Below are positions 28,340 through 37,780 of a stretch of 48,384 nt of DNA, in pieces. The notes under the pieces were generated by a model, which searched no databases, was not told the DNA's origin, and saw nothing but the letters and a program-made list of their open reading frames with translations. The DNA comes from Methanobacteriota archaeon. Lineage in GTDB: Archaea > Thermoplasmatota > Poseidoniia > Poseidoniales > Thalassarchaeaceae. Positions within the stretch are counted from its first letter, which is position 1; each line of letters starts with the position of its first letter. The stretch is taken from positions 7,583 to 55,966 of the forward strand of contig PBSO01000017.1 of assembly GCA_002726275.1 (NCBI GenBank). The letters are read 5' to 3'. The translations under genes were made by a program, and so were the position numbers.

Positions 28340-30073
28340 CTACCTGTGTAGCCATCTCAAAACTACAGCCCCATCTCGAGGAATATCATCAATAATCGCA
28401 AAACCAACTCTTTCAAGCTGTATGATCATGCCCTCTGCAAGTTCAAAGTCTTCAATGGCACCCATTACAATATCGATGTCATTCCCCGAAGGAACTTCTA
28501 GAATCGCTTCTCTGGACATTTCAATTGGCAACCAGTGGGCAATTGTGCGCCTATCGGATCTTTCAATGGAAGATAACTTAGCCAATCCGTCAATCATCTC
28601 TACGTCTGCAAAGCCCTTCAGTCTGATACTCGCAATGTCGATATCTTCTTTCTCCAGCAATATTGTTCTAGAGCCAATCAACCAGGTTCTATCCCCAGTA
28701 ACGGTGCCATCGGGGTGCTTTGGGATTGAAATTGAGTTTCCAATGTGTAAATCTCCCTTTTCTGGGAGGCCAAGGCGTACTTCATTCGGACTTCTGATGA
28801 AACTTCGGCGCTCCGTCATCGAGTCTATGATGCTAGAATTCTTGGCCTCTATGCTCTGCATCGGGACAGAGATGTCTTTCTGCGTTAGCCCAAGCTCAAG
28901 CCAGAATTCCCTAATTGCATCAGATGAGAATCCTCTTTTTCTAAGTGCAGAAATTGTCGGAAGTCGTGGATCGTCCCATCCGGAGAATTTCCCCTCCGAA
29001 ATATTGGCCTTCATGCCGGACGTGGAGAAACCACCAAATTCGAGAACTTTGACTCTTCCCCAGTAGAGTGTTTCTGGATATTCCCAGCCAAAGTGTTCGT
29101 AGAGCAGGGTCTGCTTTCTCGTGCTATCCATAAGATCCTTGCCCCTGACTATGTGGGTGACTCCCTGAAGCCGATCCTCGATCGCGCTTTGGAAGTCCAG
29201 AAGTGGCCAGACTTTGTACAAGTCACCTACTAGTGGGTGTGGGGTGTGTTGAATCCTTAATGCCGGCCAGTCCCTAAGGGCGGGATTTGGTAAGTCTAAG
29301 GAAGTCTTCACCCGTACTACTGCTCCACCCTCTGGGGTTTCTCCGGAGATCATGGAATTCCAGTATGTTAAGTTGGACGCAACCTCATTCCCCCTGCAGG
29401 GACATTCATCTTTGTTATCTCTGAGGGATTTAAATTCTTGAGCAGTGCATCGGCAGACATAGCCGAATCCTTCCGAAATCATATTCTCTGCATATTCCAG
29501 ATATACGGGCATTCGGTCACTTGCCCTAATTACCACATCTGCCTTCCTGCCAGTTATCCACTCGTATTCTTCTTCAATTTGAGAATATGCAGAGGGATCA
29601 GGCGGCTTAACCCTTGTATCTGTATCATCAAATCTAAGAACCACCCTGCCTCCATTGATTTTGGCCAATTCGGAGTTAATCACAACCCCTCTGGAATGGC
29701 CAAGTGTCAATGGGCCATTCGGATTGGGTGCAAATCTCAAGGTCACCTCTCCCATCACACTGTTGGGAAGATCCGGTAAGCCAACTCTCTTCTTCTGTTT
29801 CTCCCTATGTAGTGCCTCGGGGTTGGACTCCTCCAGGATTTTCCTTACCGCATCTAAGCCTTCTTCACTAGCTATCCTGTTCGCCTCTTCGACATGAAGT
29901 TGTACTAGCTCCCTTAGCTCCCTAGCTCTGGGCCTTAATTCCTGCATTTCAGATAGAAGTCTTCCAAGAACGCTCCCGTCCTTTCCTTGGCCGTTGTATT
30001 CCACAGAATTCTGTAGGGCGTACTTACGTACTGCCTGGATGACATCCTCACTCCAAGCTCCCGATTCGGACAT
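28340..30073 (-). CDS. gltX: Glutamate--tRNA ligase (archaeal type)
   Basis: RFAPNPNGPLTLGH, LRFDDTD, YVCRC, NPALRDW, GVTHIVRGKD, GWDDPRLPT and QLERVGF. Start 30073 or 30121. Confidence 0.96.
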   Translation of the reverse strand: MSESGAWSEDVIQAVRKYALQNSVEYNGQGKDGSVLGRLLSEMQELRPRARELRELVQLHVEEANRIASEEGLDAVRKILEESNPEALHREKQKKRVGLPDLPNSVMGEVTLRFAPNPNGPLTLGHSRGVVINSELAKINGGRVVLRFDDTDTRVKPPDPSAYSQIEEEYEWITGRKADVVIRASDRMPVYLEYAENMISEGFGYVCRCTAQEFKSLRDNKDECPCRGNEVASNLTYWNSMISGETPEGGAVVRVKTSLDLPNPALRDWPALRIQHTPHPLVGDLYKVWPLLDFQSAIEDRLQGVTHIVRGKDLMDSTRKQTLLYEHFGWEYPETLYWGRVKVLEFGGFSTSGMKANISEGKFSGWDDPRLPTISALRKRGFSSDAIREFWLELGLTQKDISVPMQSIEAKNSSIIDSMTERRSFIRSPNEVRLGLPEKGDLHIGNSISIPKHPDGTVTGDRTWLIGSRTILLEKEDIDIASIRLKGFADVEMIDGLAKLSSIERSDRRTIAHWLPIEMSREAILEVPSGNDIDIVMGAIEDFELAEGMIIQLERVGFAIIDDIPRDGAVVLRWLHR

Positions 30074-30117
30074 ATTATTCACTGGGTCTCCGATGCCCCT
30101 CTTTGTGATTCCCGTTG

Positions 30118-30852
30118 TCACTGGTCTTCAAGAGTGGATTGGGAGGTTATTATTCCACCTTCAGAGCGAATTGGAATGGGGGTGCCGTGTAACTCACCCC
30201 AGGCCCTAGAAACGGTTTTCCAACTCCATCTCAAGCATTCGTGGGGTAATGGTCCAGAAACCAGCTCACGTACTGCAATCTTGGTTTTCGGATCTGAAGG
30301 GTATCCTGAACCAATTTCCATTCCTAAACGTTCTGAAAGGCTTGAAACGATTGAATCCCTTTTCACCTTTGCAATGATGCTAGAGGCGCTTGTCACCACA
30401 TCAATCGAATCCATTCGATGCTTAGATTCAATTTTCCATTCTTTCCAGGGTCTTCCCAATTTTCTGGAAAGTCTCTGCCCAAATCTTTCCGCGTTCACGT
30501 CACATGCGTCAACTTTCAGCACTCCTGATGGATGATGGCTTGTTGATATCTCCATTGCCTCCGCAAAAAGCTCCACTTCTAGGCTATTGAGGTCCGAATT
30601 AATGCTGTTGTAGTCTATCCGTGAAGGTTCGCATATTACGACCCCAACCCCCCATCCATGGGATTCCGCGAGTTCGGAGATTCTTGTGTAAATGACATCC
30701 CTTTTCTTCGATGATAGGGTTTTCGAGTCCTTAACCCCAATTTCCTCAAGGATAACCGAGTGTTCAGATGGAATGCATAGTGAACAAACCACGAGTGGGC
30801 CTATCGCTGGACCTCTGCCAGCCTCGTCAATCCCCGCATTCCGGGCACTCAT
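30118..30852 (-). CDS. rnhB: Ribonuclease HII
   Basis: GIDEAGRGP, GVKDSK, VDACD, ASSIIAKVKRD, GSGYPSDP and RWSWKT. Confidence 0.96.
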   Translation of the reverse strand: MSARNAGIDEAGRGPAIGPLVVCSLCIPSEHSVILEEIGVKDSKTLSSKKRDVIYTRISELAESHGWGVGVVICEPSRIDYNSINSDLNSLEVELFAEAMEISTSHHPSGVLKVDACDVNAERFGQRLSRKLGRPWKEWKIESKHRMDSIDVVTSASSIIAKVKRDSIVSSLSERLGMEIGSGYPSDPKTKIAVRELVSGPLPHECLRWSWKTVSRAWGELHGTPIPIRSEGGIITSQSTLEDQ

Positions 30853-32951
30853 ATCTCCAAGTCAAATCCAGACGGGCTTTCATCCTCACTGCTAGATTTT
30901 CTATCGTTGCCAACTTCCATTGGTTCATCGAGCATTTCGTTATCGGGATGCAAATCATCTGTCTCGGAAATCACATCTGCAATTCTAATTGCCTCATTTA
31001 TGTCATCTTCAGTCTGTGCAATATCTAGAATCTCACTAGCTTTGCTTATCACATGTTCTTCGGGGGACGTTCTTGGTTGCTCCGAAAAACCTCCCGATTT
31101 TTCCATGAAACCCCTCTTGAATTCAGATTGTGACTGCAAAGGGCTCTCGATTAAATCGACCCCCTCAACTTCACCCTTCTTGAATCTGGAAATCCAGTCT
31201 TCCGCGTTCTCCGTTTTTGCCGCATCATCACCTTTTGATGCATTTCTTTCACTCATCCTGACTGAAACCGCATTAATCACGCCAATCGTCCCAATTACTA
31301 CGACTATTATGGTCAAAGAAATTTCCAGCCATTCATTCATCCATTTGATAATTGTTTCACGTATGCCATCATTTTTCTCCCTTGGCTCAATAATTTCCTC
31401 ACCTGGAATCATTGCTGAATCTGTTCCGGTGAATGCAATCTGTGGATCCCTAACTGATCTGACCTCTATGGTCATTAGTGCCTGTGTTTCAACTGGTGCA
31501 ACGTCCGGGACAATCATCCATGCACTGAATGTCACAGTTTCTCCCGGCTGAACATTCAGTATCTCAAAAGATCTTGAACCCCCTGAAATAGAATCAATGT
31601 TGGAACCATCAGGCGGAATAAATGAGAATTCTGTTACAATGTTAGAATCGAGATTTGCAGTTATCCCATCAGGACCATTTCCCGAATTAGTCATTATCCA
31701 CGTCGAAGTTAGATTATTCTCTCCGATAATCTCTGAAGTTGCCATTTCCAGAATCCATGCATGTAGGTCGCCCGAAACAACCCCGAATGAAATGTAGCCA
31801 GGAGACCAATCATCTACGAATAATTGGATCGAGACATTAGCTGTCCGTCCAGAGATTGTCCCATCAGCAATAGTAACATTCACAGAAATGCCTCCCAATA
31901 CCTGCCCTGATTCGAGATCAATGTGATTACTCTCAATTTCCACATTTATCCATTCTTCGACTCCCAACATTTTGAGTTCGTATGAGGAATCAACATCTCC
32001 AGTGTTAGTGACTTCCAATGTGACTCCACAATCATCTCCCGGACTGGTTTCGATGCCAGAACACCCATCACTGGCCATTTCTATTGAACCGCCAACTCTC
32101 GGAACAATGTTCACACTCTGGATCGTTGTAGAAATAATGCCCGGAGAAGCTTCGCTCCAAACTCGGGCCTCGAATAGAAGGGAACTATCAATTTCCGAAG
32201 GGGAATCAATCTGAATACGCGCTTCGACAGTCCCATTTGGGGCTACATTTTCTAGTTGCCATCTATCAATTATCGACGCACTCCAACCTTCATATTCGAA
32301 GAATAAATTCGACTGCCCCACTGGTTGTGAATCGGCATCTAGGGGAATTATCTCCATAATCAGGTCCCTCCAAGAATTTCCTTCATTCCTTAGAGTAATC
32401 TCGAAAATATCTGTACTCCCTGGCTCAATGGATGAGACTCCACCACCTTCTATGATACTGGCTCCGTCATAGAAACCATACCTCAGAGAGAAGTTGTACC
32501 AGTCTGAGGATTGATTTTCTAGTGACTGCGCTTTCATTGAGAATTGATGAAGTGACTCGGATAGTGGAAGGCCCCCGGAAACCGATGGAGCCTCGATTGA
32601 GTATCCCGTCCATTCAGTGGCCCCTGCTGGCAAATCAAATTCATGCCCCACAGAAGGCAACTCTTGATTTGCCCAGGATATGTTCCAACCATCCGGTCCA
32701 GTAATCGAGATAATTGCACTATCAAAGAAATCCTCGTTATTGGTGAAATTGACATTAATTCCGATGGTGGAACCAGGTCCTATGTCAAAAATAGAACCAG
32801 ACTCAACCCCAAAAGTAGTCCCTCCCTCTGCTTGAGCTTCTTGTGCGTGAGCACTAATGGGGATTACTAGTGCAATCAGCACTATTAGAGTGATAGCCGC
32901 CCATCTCACAAACAACCTGTGAATGTAGGGTGATTTCATTCCTGCCCCCAT
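30849..32951 (-). CDS. Membrane-anchored surface protein with tandem Ig-like (NEW3/CARDB-type) domains and an acidic cytoplasmic tail
   Basis: Signal peptide. Repeats LRNEGN, VTNTGD, MTNSGNGPD. TM helix ISLTIIVVVIGTIGVINAV. True start may lie a few codons downstream. Confidence 0.75.
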   Translation of the reverse strand: MGAGMKSPYIHRLFVRWAAITLIVLIALVIPISAHAQEAQAEGGTTFGVESGSIFDIGPGSTIGINVNFTNNEDFFDSAIISITGPDGWNISWANQELPSVGHEFDLPAGATEWTGYSIEAPSVSGGLPLSESLHQFSMKAQSLENQSSDWYNFSLRYGFYDGASIIEGGGVSSIEPGSTDIFEITLRNEGNSWRDLIMEIIPLDADSQPVGQSNLFFEYEGWSASIIDRWQLENVAPNGTVEARIQIDSPSEIDSSLLFEARVWSEASPGIISTTIQSVNIVPRVGGSIEMASDGCSGIETSPGDDCGVTLEVTNTGDVDSSYELKMLGVEEWINVEIESNHIDLESGQVLGGISVNVTIADGTISGRTANVSIQLFVDDWSPGYISFGVVSGDLHAWILEMATSEIIGENNLTSTWIMTNSGNGPDGITANLDSNIVTEFSFIPPDGSNIDSISGGSRSFEILNVQPGETVTFSAWMIVPDVAPVETQALMTIEVRSVRDPQIAFTGTDSAMIPGEEIIEPREKNDGIRETIIKWMNEWLEISLTIIVVVIGTIGVINAVSVRMSERNASKGDDAAKTENAEDWISRFKKGEVEGVDLIESPLQSQSEFKRGFMEKSGGFSEQPRTSPEEHVISKASEILDIAQTEDDINEAIRIADVISETDDLHPDNEMLDEPMEVGNDRKSSSEDESPSGFDLEI

Positions 32952-32999
32952 ATGGGTGTATTACGGAGCATTCATGAGGTTGGGCTCTGTTCGCCAGTC

Positions 33000-33185
33000 A
33001 TGACACCGGTATGGCCCTTCTCTAGAAAGAAGCCCCAACCGCCCAAGGCAAAGCCTGTCCAGGAGAAGCCTGTCATCAACTATGAGCGTCAGTCGGAAGA
33101 CGGCCAAAAGAGCAAGTTGGAAGACAGAAGCCACCTCGAAGATCAGAACTTCCTTGATGCGATGGAACTTCTGGATGAGAAATAG
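33000..33185 (+). CDS. Small hypothetical protein
   Basis: Fills the gap between divergent and convergent neighbours; WPFSRKK near the N-terminus and a helical C-terminus. Confidence 0.5.
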   Translation: MTPVWPFSRKKPQPPKAKPVQEKPVINYERQSEDGQKSKLEDRSHLEDQNFLDAMELLDEK

Positions 33186-33194
33186 TATTGCACC

Positions 33195-34949
33195 TTAGAG
33201 AACTGGATCCGGTATTAGACTGGCCAGTTTTTCCACATCGAATTCACCGGCTTGAATTGGGGACCTAAGTCCAAACTCGGAGGAAACATGAGGGTCTACT
33301 TCTCCAAACTGCCCCACTTCTTCACCACCAATCAAAATCTTAGCTCCCCTGCCAAATATCCACGGCCCCTCGCCATCCCTTAGGGGGGCGAACTCAATAT
33401 TATCGAATTCACATCCCAGGTCTCTTATTAGTGCCTGAGAAATCCCCTTTGCGGCAGTGAAGCCACTTCCGACTTCGGCACAGGCCCATGATGCCCTTGT
33501 CCCATTCTTCGAATTGTGAACTACTTCTCCGAGCTCGTAAACCCTTTGAGGTAACTCATGATGCCTATTTGATGATAACAGCTTCAGAAGAGATGGCAGA
33601 ATGAACTGACGCATCAATGTGTGGTCCATCGTTATTGGATTCGATATTTCCGATGGGTTTCCAATTTTTTCCCACCTCATTGTTTCAAATTGGTCCCTTT
33701 CGTTGGAAAGTGTGAGACTTTGAGTTTCCTGTAGCCCAACTGACCTAAAACTGGATCTAATCCTACGTTTGATGTGAGAGGATGGAAGTGGGACGGCGTC
33801 GATGTGCACAGAAGATAACTTTTCAGGAAGATTCCCATATCCGAATCCAATTGCTATGTCTTCAATAATATCAACGGGATGCATGATGTCGCTCCGCCAT
33901 CTCGGCATGGAAACAATGTGTTCCATTTCCCCGACTACGCAGTCCGACCACCTTTCCGCCCTTTCGGAACCATCCGTCACCGTCCGCGTCTCAATTAGTT
34001 CCCCGCCCATCCTCGAAATGGCATTGGAAATCTCAGATTCATCAATATCGATCCCAAGTATCGCCTTGACAAGCCTACTTGGGACCCGGTGTATCCTGTC
34101 ATCGAAGTTTGGAGTTGTTGAAACCTCCCCGTTCCATCCAGATATCTCCACACTTTCCACCTTTCCACCCAATTCTGAAAGAGATAGGCACACCAGGAGC
34201 AGGCATGTTTCACACGCACGCTCATCTGTTCCAGTAACGTCGATGAAGAAGTCTGTTGTGCCTTCTCTGACTGTGGTGTGTTCACCATTAATTATTGGGG
34301 GGAAAGAGAGAATCTCATCATTAGAATCAAGTATGACTGGAAAATGATCCATTGAATCCATGAGGTGGGCATATTCAATTCCCTTTGGATGCTCAGAAAG
34401 TACCTCGGAAATACACATCTTTCTATCTGATGACAGGGGCGTGAATGAGAAACTATCCTCCACAGTTTCATATCTGAAGGGGGCCTTAAGTCTAGACAAA
34501 TCGTGAACCCCTATTGATGAAAGAGACCTTCTTCTCCCAAGGGTTAGGTGCAACTTCTCTTGATGGTCCATCAGAGACTGGATAAATGCGTCCCTTTCCG
34601 ATTGATCTTTTCCTGTATCAACGCCTCTCACTACAGCAGCCATAATTACCGGCCTGACTTCTTTCAATGAACTATCGACATCGATTCTTATTCCACTCTT
34701 TGTGACTTCTACTTTGTTTACAGTGTCATGGGAGCCCAAGAATGATCTAACTGCTCTAGCCATAGTTTCATGACTGAGTAGATCAGGCCTATCGGGAAAT
34801 ACCTCAATTTCTATTTCCGCCTTATCAAAATCTTCCACGGGGCATCCAATTTCAGGAAGCAAATCAGGCCATTTACCACTCTCATGTTTGAAATTGTTGA
34901 TACTTTGGATCCTATTCAATATTGAGTGCTGGAGATTTATTGTTGGCAC
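33195..34949 (-). CDS. pheT: Phenylalanine--tRNA ligase beta subunit (archaeal type)
   Basis: MPTI start (GTG), EVFPDRPDLLS, QEKLH, IGVHDL, SFPPIING, RSDIMHPVDIIEDIAIGFGY and ELPQRVYELG. Confidence 0.96.
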   Translation of the reverse strand: MPTINLQHSILNRIQSINNFKHESGKWPDLLPEIGCPVEDFDKAEIEIEVFPDRPDLLSHETMARAVRSFLGSHDTVNKVEVTKSGIRIDVDSSLKEVRPVIMAAVVRGVDTGKDQSERDAFIQSLMDHQEKLHLTLGRRRSLSSIGVHDLSRLKAPFRYETVEDSFSFTPLSSDRKMCISEVLSEHPKGIEYAHLMDSMDHFPVILDSNDEILSFPPIINGEHTTVREGTTDFFIDVTGTDERACETCLLLVCLSLSELGGKVESVEISGWNGEVSTTPNFDDRIHRVPSRLVKAILGIDIDESEISNAISRMGGELIETRTVTDGSERAERWSDCVVGEMEHIVSMPRWRSDIMHPVDIIEDIAIGFGYGNLPEKLSSVHIDAVPLPSSHIKRRIRSSFRSVGLQETQSLTLSNERDQFETMRWEKIGNPSEISNPITMDHTLMRQFILPSLLKLLSSNRHHELPQRVYELGEVVHNSKNGTRASWACAEVGSGFTAAKGISQALIRDLGCEFDNIEFAPLRDGEGPWIFGRGAKILIGGEEVGQFGEVDPHVSSEFGLRSPIQAGEFDVEKLASLIPDPVL

Positions 34950-34958
34950 AAATCCACC

Positions 34959-36503
34959 TCAGTTTCCAAGCCACATTGGCAATGGGCGCTCAAATCCAAC
35001 TAATCTGAGTCCGCTGATTGCAGCAGTGTCCATATTCATGGCCCTGAGGTTCCTCCTGCTTAACATGTCCATTCTCTCCACCCCCACCTCTCTCATCCAA
35101 CCCCTGAGGCCTGAGTTAATTGTCGAAATATATGAGCTCAATTCGTCATCTCCGGGAACTGGTCCAACAAACAGCGAACATCCAGCCGAAATTGCAATAA
35201 TGAGGTCTTCAGAACTTGGCGTAGTGTCCATCTCAATTGCTATTGTCCGACCCTGTGATTCGAAATCCATGGCCCTAGATGCCAATCCAATTCTTGGTAG
35301 GGCGGATGCACCCCTATTCCCGCCCGGTGTCCCGGCGTGAACTATGGCCCCATCTAGATCCAATTCAGTCACAAGTCTGAACAGGTGCTCCACCCTTTCC
35401 ACCCCATCCCTGAGGAAAATTAGGGATGAATCGCCCATCGAGCTGGTCAATGAAACAACTAGGGCCTCGATCTCAGCATCATTGAGCGGGGGCAAATCTG
35501 CAAGATCAAGCACAACTCCAGAGCACCTCACAATGTTTTCAGTGGCATTGGATAAACCATCCTTGCCAACAATGAGTAGGTCATTTCCCTGGGGGTCATT
35601 ACCAACCATGGCCGGTTGCCTGTCTCTGCCCGGGAATTTTATTGAGCTCCCATTATCGCCACGAATGAGCCACGGAATCTGGAAAAACATTCCTCCCTCG
35701 TCCTTGCCCACGGGCATTACTCTAGTGCCGCTTTCGACAGGAAATTGTTCGGACAGCCTATCAGTCGCCGATGGAAAGATACCAATATTCTGGAATCCTT
35801 CTGAGACCCATCTTCGAGGGGAAACGTTTTCCGATATTCCCTGATTTTCTGCTTCTAGGACCAATGCATCGTCGCCAACAGAAAGGCCAAGGGGCTCCAG
35901 ATGAATAGAAAAATCTTCGATCTCAGAATTGGAAATTGACCTCATTGATGCTCCATGGCCCGGTGGCGGACAACTCCCTGCAATCACAATTTTTCCACCA
36001 GTTATTCCAACTCCGGGAGTGGGTCCGGCGGATCCCATTATTATCACAACACCCCCAGACATCCCCGCTCCGACATTGCTGCCAACGTGCCCCCTGACAA
36101 CTAGGGCGCCCCCAGACATCCCCGCTCCCGTATCGCTACCAGCAGAACCGTGGATGGTAATTGAACCCCCGGACATATGGAAACCAGCCCTATCTCCTAC
36201 GTCTCTCTCGACCACTGCCCTGCCATCAGTTTGGAAAGCCCCTAGCATTGAACCACATCCGCCTTCAACAGTTAGAGATCCTCCTCTATTCATACCACCC
36301 ACACATTCTCCAAGATCGCCCAGTATGAGCACCCTTGACTTGGGGGGGAGGTGGGTGATTACACCAAACTCGCCATTGCGAGGTTTTAGGTCCCCTCCTG
36401 AGCCATAACCGATCTTAATCAGACGGTCCTTTTCCATAGCCTCAGGGAGCATTTTGGCAATGTCTCTGTTGAGCTTGAGACTCTTCGCGGTCAATTCTCT
36501 CAT
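34959..36503 (-). CDS. GXGXG beta-helix domain (glutamate synthase domain 3 / FwdC-like) fused to a degenerate glutamate-synthase FMN-barrel-like domain
   Basis: Repeats GGMNRGG, GFHMSGG and GAGMSGG (x2). C-terminal LSRRNLRAMNMDTAAISGLRLVG resembles the end of stand-alone GltB2 subunits. Confidence 0.7.
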   Translation of the reverse strand: MRELTAKSLKLNRDIAKMLPEAMEKDRLIKIGYGSGGDLKPRNGEFGVITHLPPKSRVLILGDLGECVGGMNRGGSLTVEGGCGSMLGAFQTDGRAVVERDVGDRAGFHMSGGSITIHGSAGSDTGAGMSGGALVVRGHVGSNVGAGMSGGVVIIMGSAGPTPGVGITGGKIVIAGSCPPPGHGASMRSISNSEIEDFSIHLEPLGLSVGDDALVLEAENQGISENVSPRRWVSEGFQNIGIFPSATDRLSEQFPVESGTRVMPVGKDEGGMFFQIPWLIRGDNGSSIKFPGRDRQPAMVGNDPQGNDLLIVGKDGLSNATENIVRCSGVVLDLADLPPLNDAEIEALVVSLTSSMGDSSLIFLRDGVERVEHLFRLVTELDLDGAIVHAGTPGGNRGASALPRIGLASRAMDFESQGRTIAIEMDTTPSSEDLIIAISAGCSLFVGPVPGDDELSSYISTINSGLRGWMREVGVERMDMLSRRNLRAMNMDTAAISGLRLVGFERPLPMWLGN

Positions 36504-36653
36504 CGCACTCGGTACGCGGACACGAGCAAGTGGTCTTCATTGTGACGGGCCACAATATAACTGTCATGACTTTTGTTGAACAGACTAATCCAGCGAATGG
36601 GTATGTTGATAGAGGGCAGTCATGGTCCTCCAAATGGGGAGACGCGGATTCTC

Positions 36654-37694
36654 ATGGGCGCTATTAGGGTTGCAATCAATGGCTTTGGAACAATTGGAAA
36701 GCGCGTTGCAGACGCCGTAGACGCCCAAGATGACATGGAAGTAGTGGGGGTGACTAAGACCGGACCCTCATTCGGATGCGATTTAGCAGTAAAGAAGGAA
36801 TTCCCACTTTACTGTACATTTGATGATGAAGCATCTGTCTCAAGATTCGCCGAGCAGGGATATGTTTGCTCCGGGGGACTCTCCGATTTGCTGTCAATAG
36901 CCGATGTCGTTGTAGATTGTGCACCTGGAAAGATGGGCGCAGAAAATCTGGCTAAATATCAATCAGCCGGAATCAAATATATGTTCCAAGGGGGAGAAAA
37001 GCACGCTCTCACGGGACTGTCCTATACATCATCTGCAAACCACTCAGAGAATCTGAATGCTCAGGGGACGCGAGTCGTCTCATGCAATACAACCGGACTC
37101 TCTCGAACTTTAGTGCCACTTTACGAACACTGCGGCTCTTTGAAAGTCGAGTGCACAATGATCCGTCGTGCAGCTGATCCGGGAGACTCACACAAGGGTC
37201 CCATCAATGCAATCAAACCCGTCCTCAAGGTGCCTAGCCACCACGGTCCCGATGTGATGACGGTCAAGCCCGAGATTGAGATAAACAGCCTCGCAGTGGC
37301 AGTACCGACAACAATCATGCACGTCCACTCGATAATTGCTGACCTGCCCCCCGGTCACGGCCTCACTACAGAGACTATTCTGGAGCTCTGGGGAAATACT
37401 CCCAGAGTCATAATTATGAATGGTTCAGAAAATCGTATTACAACTACCGCAGAAGTAATGGAGATGGCTCGAGACATCGGTAGGAAATGGGGCGATTTGC
37501 ACGAGATTTTCGTATGGGAGGACGGAGTCAAGTTAGTTGGTGATAGGCTGTATTATTTCCAAGCCATTCACCAAGAAAGCGACGTTATTCCTGAGAACGT
37601 GGATTGCATCCGTGCACTCATGGGGACCGAGTCTGACTGGAAGAAGAGTGTCGCCAAGACAGATGCCGCAATTTCCCGCTATTACGGCCTCTGA
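36654..37694 (+). CDS. gap: Type II (archaeal) glyceraldehyde-3-phosphate dehydrogenase
   Basis: VAINGFGTIGKRVADAV, FQGGEK, RVVSCNTTGL, RRAADP, PSHHGPDV and QAIHQESDVIPEN. Start moved to ATG 36654. Confidence 0.96.
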   Translation: MGAIRVAINGFGTIGKRVADAVDAQDDMEVVGVTKTGPSFGCDLAVKKEFPLYCTFDDEASVSRFAEQGYVCSGGLSDLLSIADVVVDCAPGKMGAENLAKYQSAGIKYMFQGGEKHALTGLSYTSSANHSENLNAQGTRVVSCNTTGLSRTLVPLYEHCGSLKVECTMIRRAADPGDSHKGPINAIKPVLKVPSHHGPDVMTVKPEIEINSLAVAVPTTIMHVHSIIADLPPGHGLTTETILELWGNTPRVIIMNGSENRITTTAEVMEMARDIGRKWGDLHEIFVWEDGVKLVGDRLYYFQAIHQESDVIPENVDCIRALMGTESDWKKSVAKTDAAISRYYGL

Positions 37695-37780
37695 GTGGGA
37701 TTATCGCCCCCAAAATACCGACTTGTGAACTAATCAACTGTAGTTAACGGTCAAAAGTCAGACTTGGGTCCGTAGGACCC

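Noticed and set aside
28311-29066. 251-aa plus-strand ORF, and similar long antisense ORFs (30907-31551, 33802-34347, 35344-35844, 40915-41439)
   Set aside because: They lie opposite well-supported genes and have the Ser/Ile/Pro-rich composition expected from reverse-complemented acidic coding sequence; no motifs.
29690-29740. GluRS HIGH motif reads TLGH
   Set aside because: Variation at this position occurs in other euryarchaeal GluRS enzymes, and all other motifs are intact.
36052-36128. 20-bp direct repeat CCCCCAGACATCCCCGCTCC at 36052 and 36109
   Set aside because: Encodes GAGMSGG in consecutive 19-residue turns of the GXGXG beta-helix; explained by the protein repeat.
34959-36503. Formylmethanofuran dehydrogenase subunit C (methanogenesis) call
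   Set aside because: The GXGXG fold is shared with glutamate synthase, the C-terminus is GltB2-like, and no other fwd/fmd genes are nearby.
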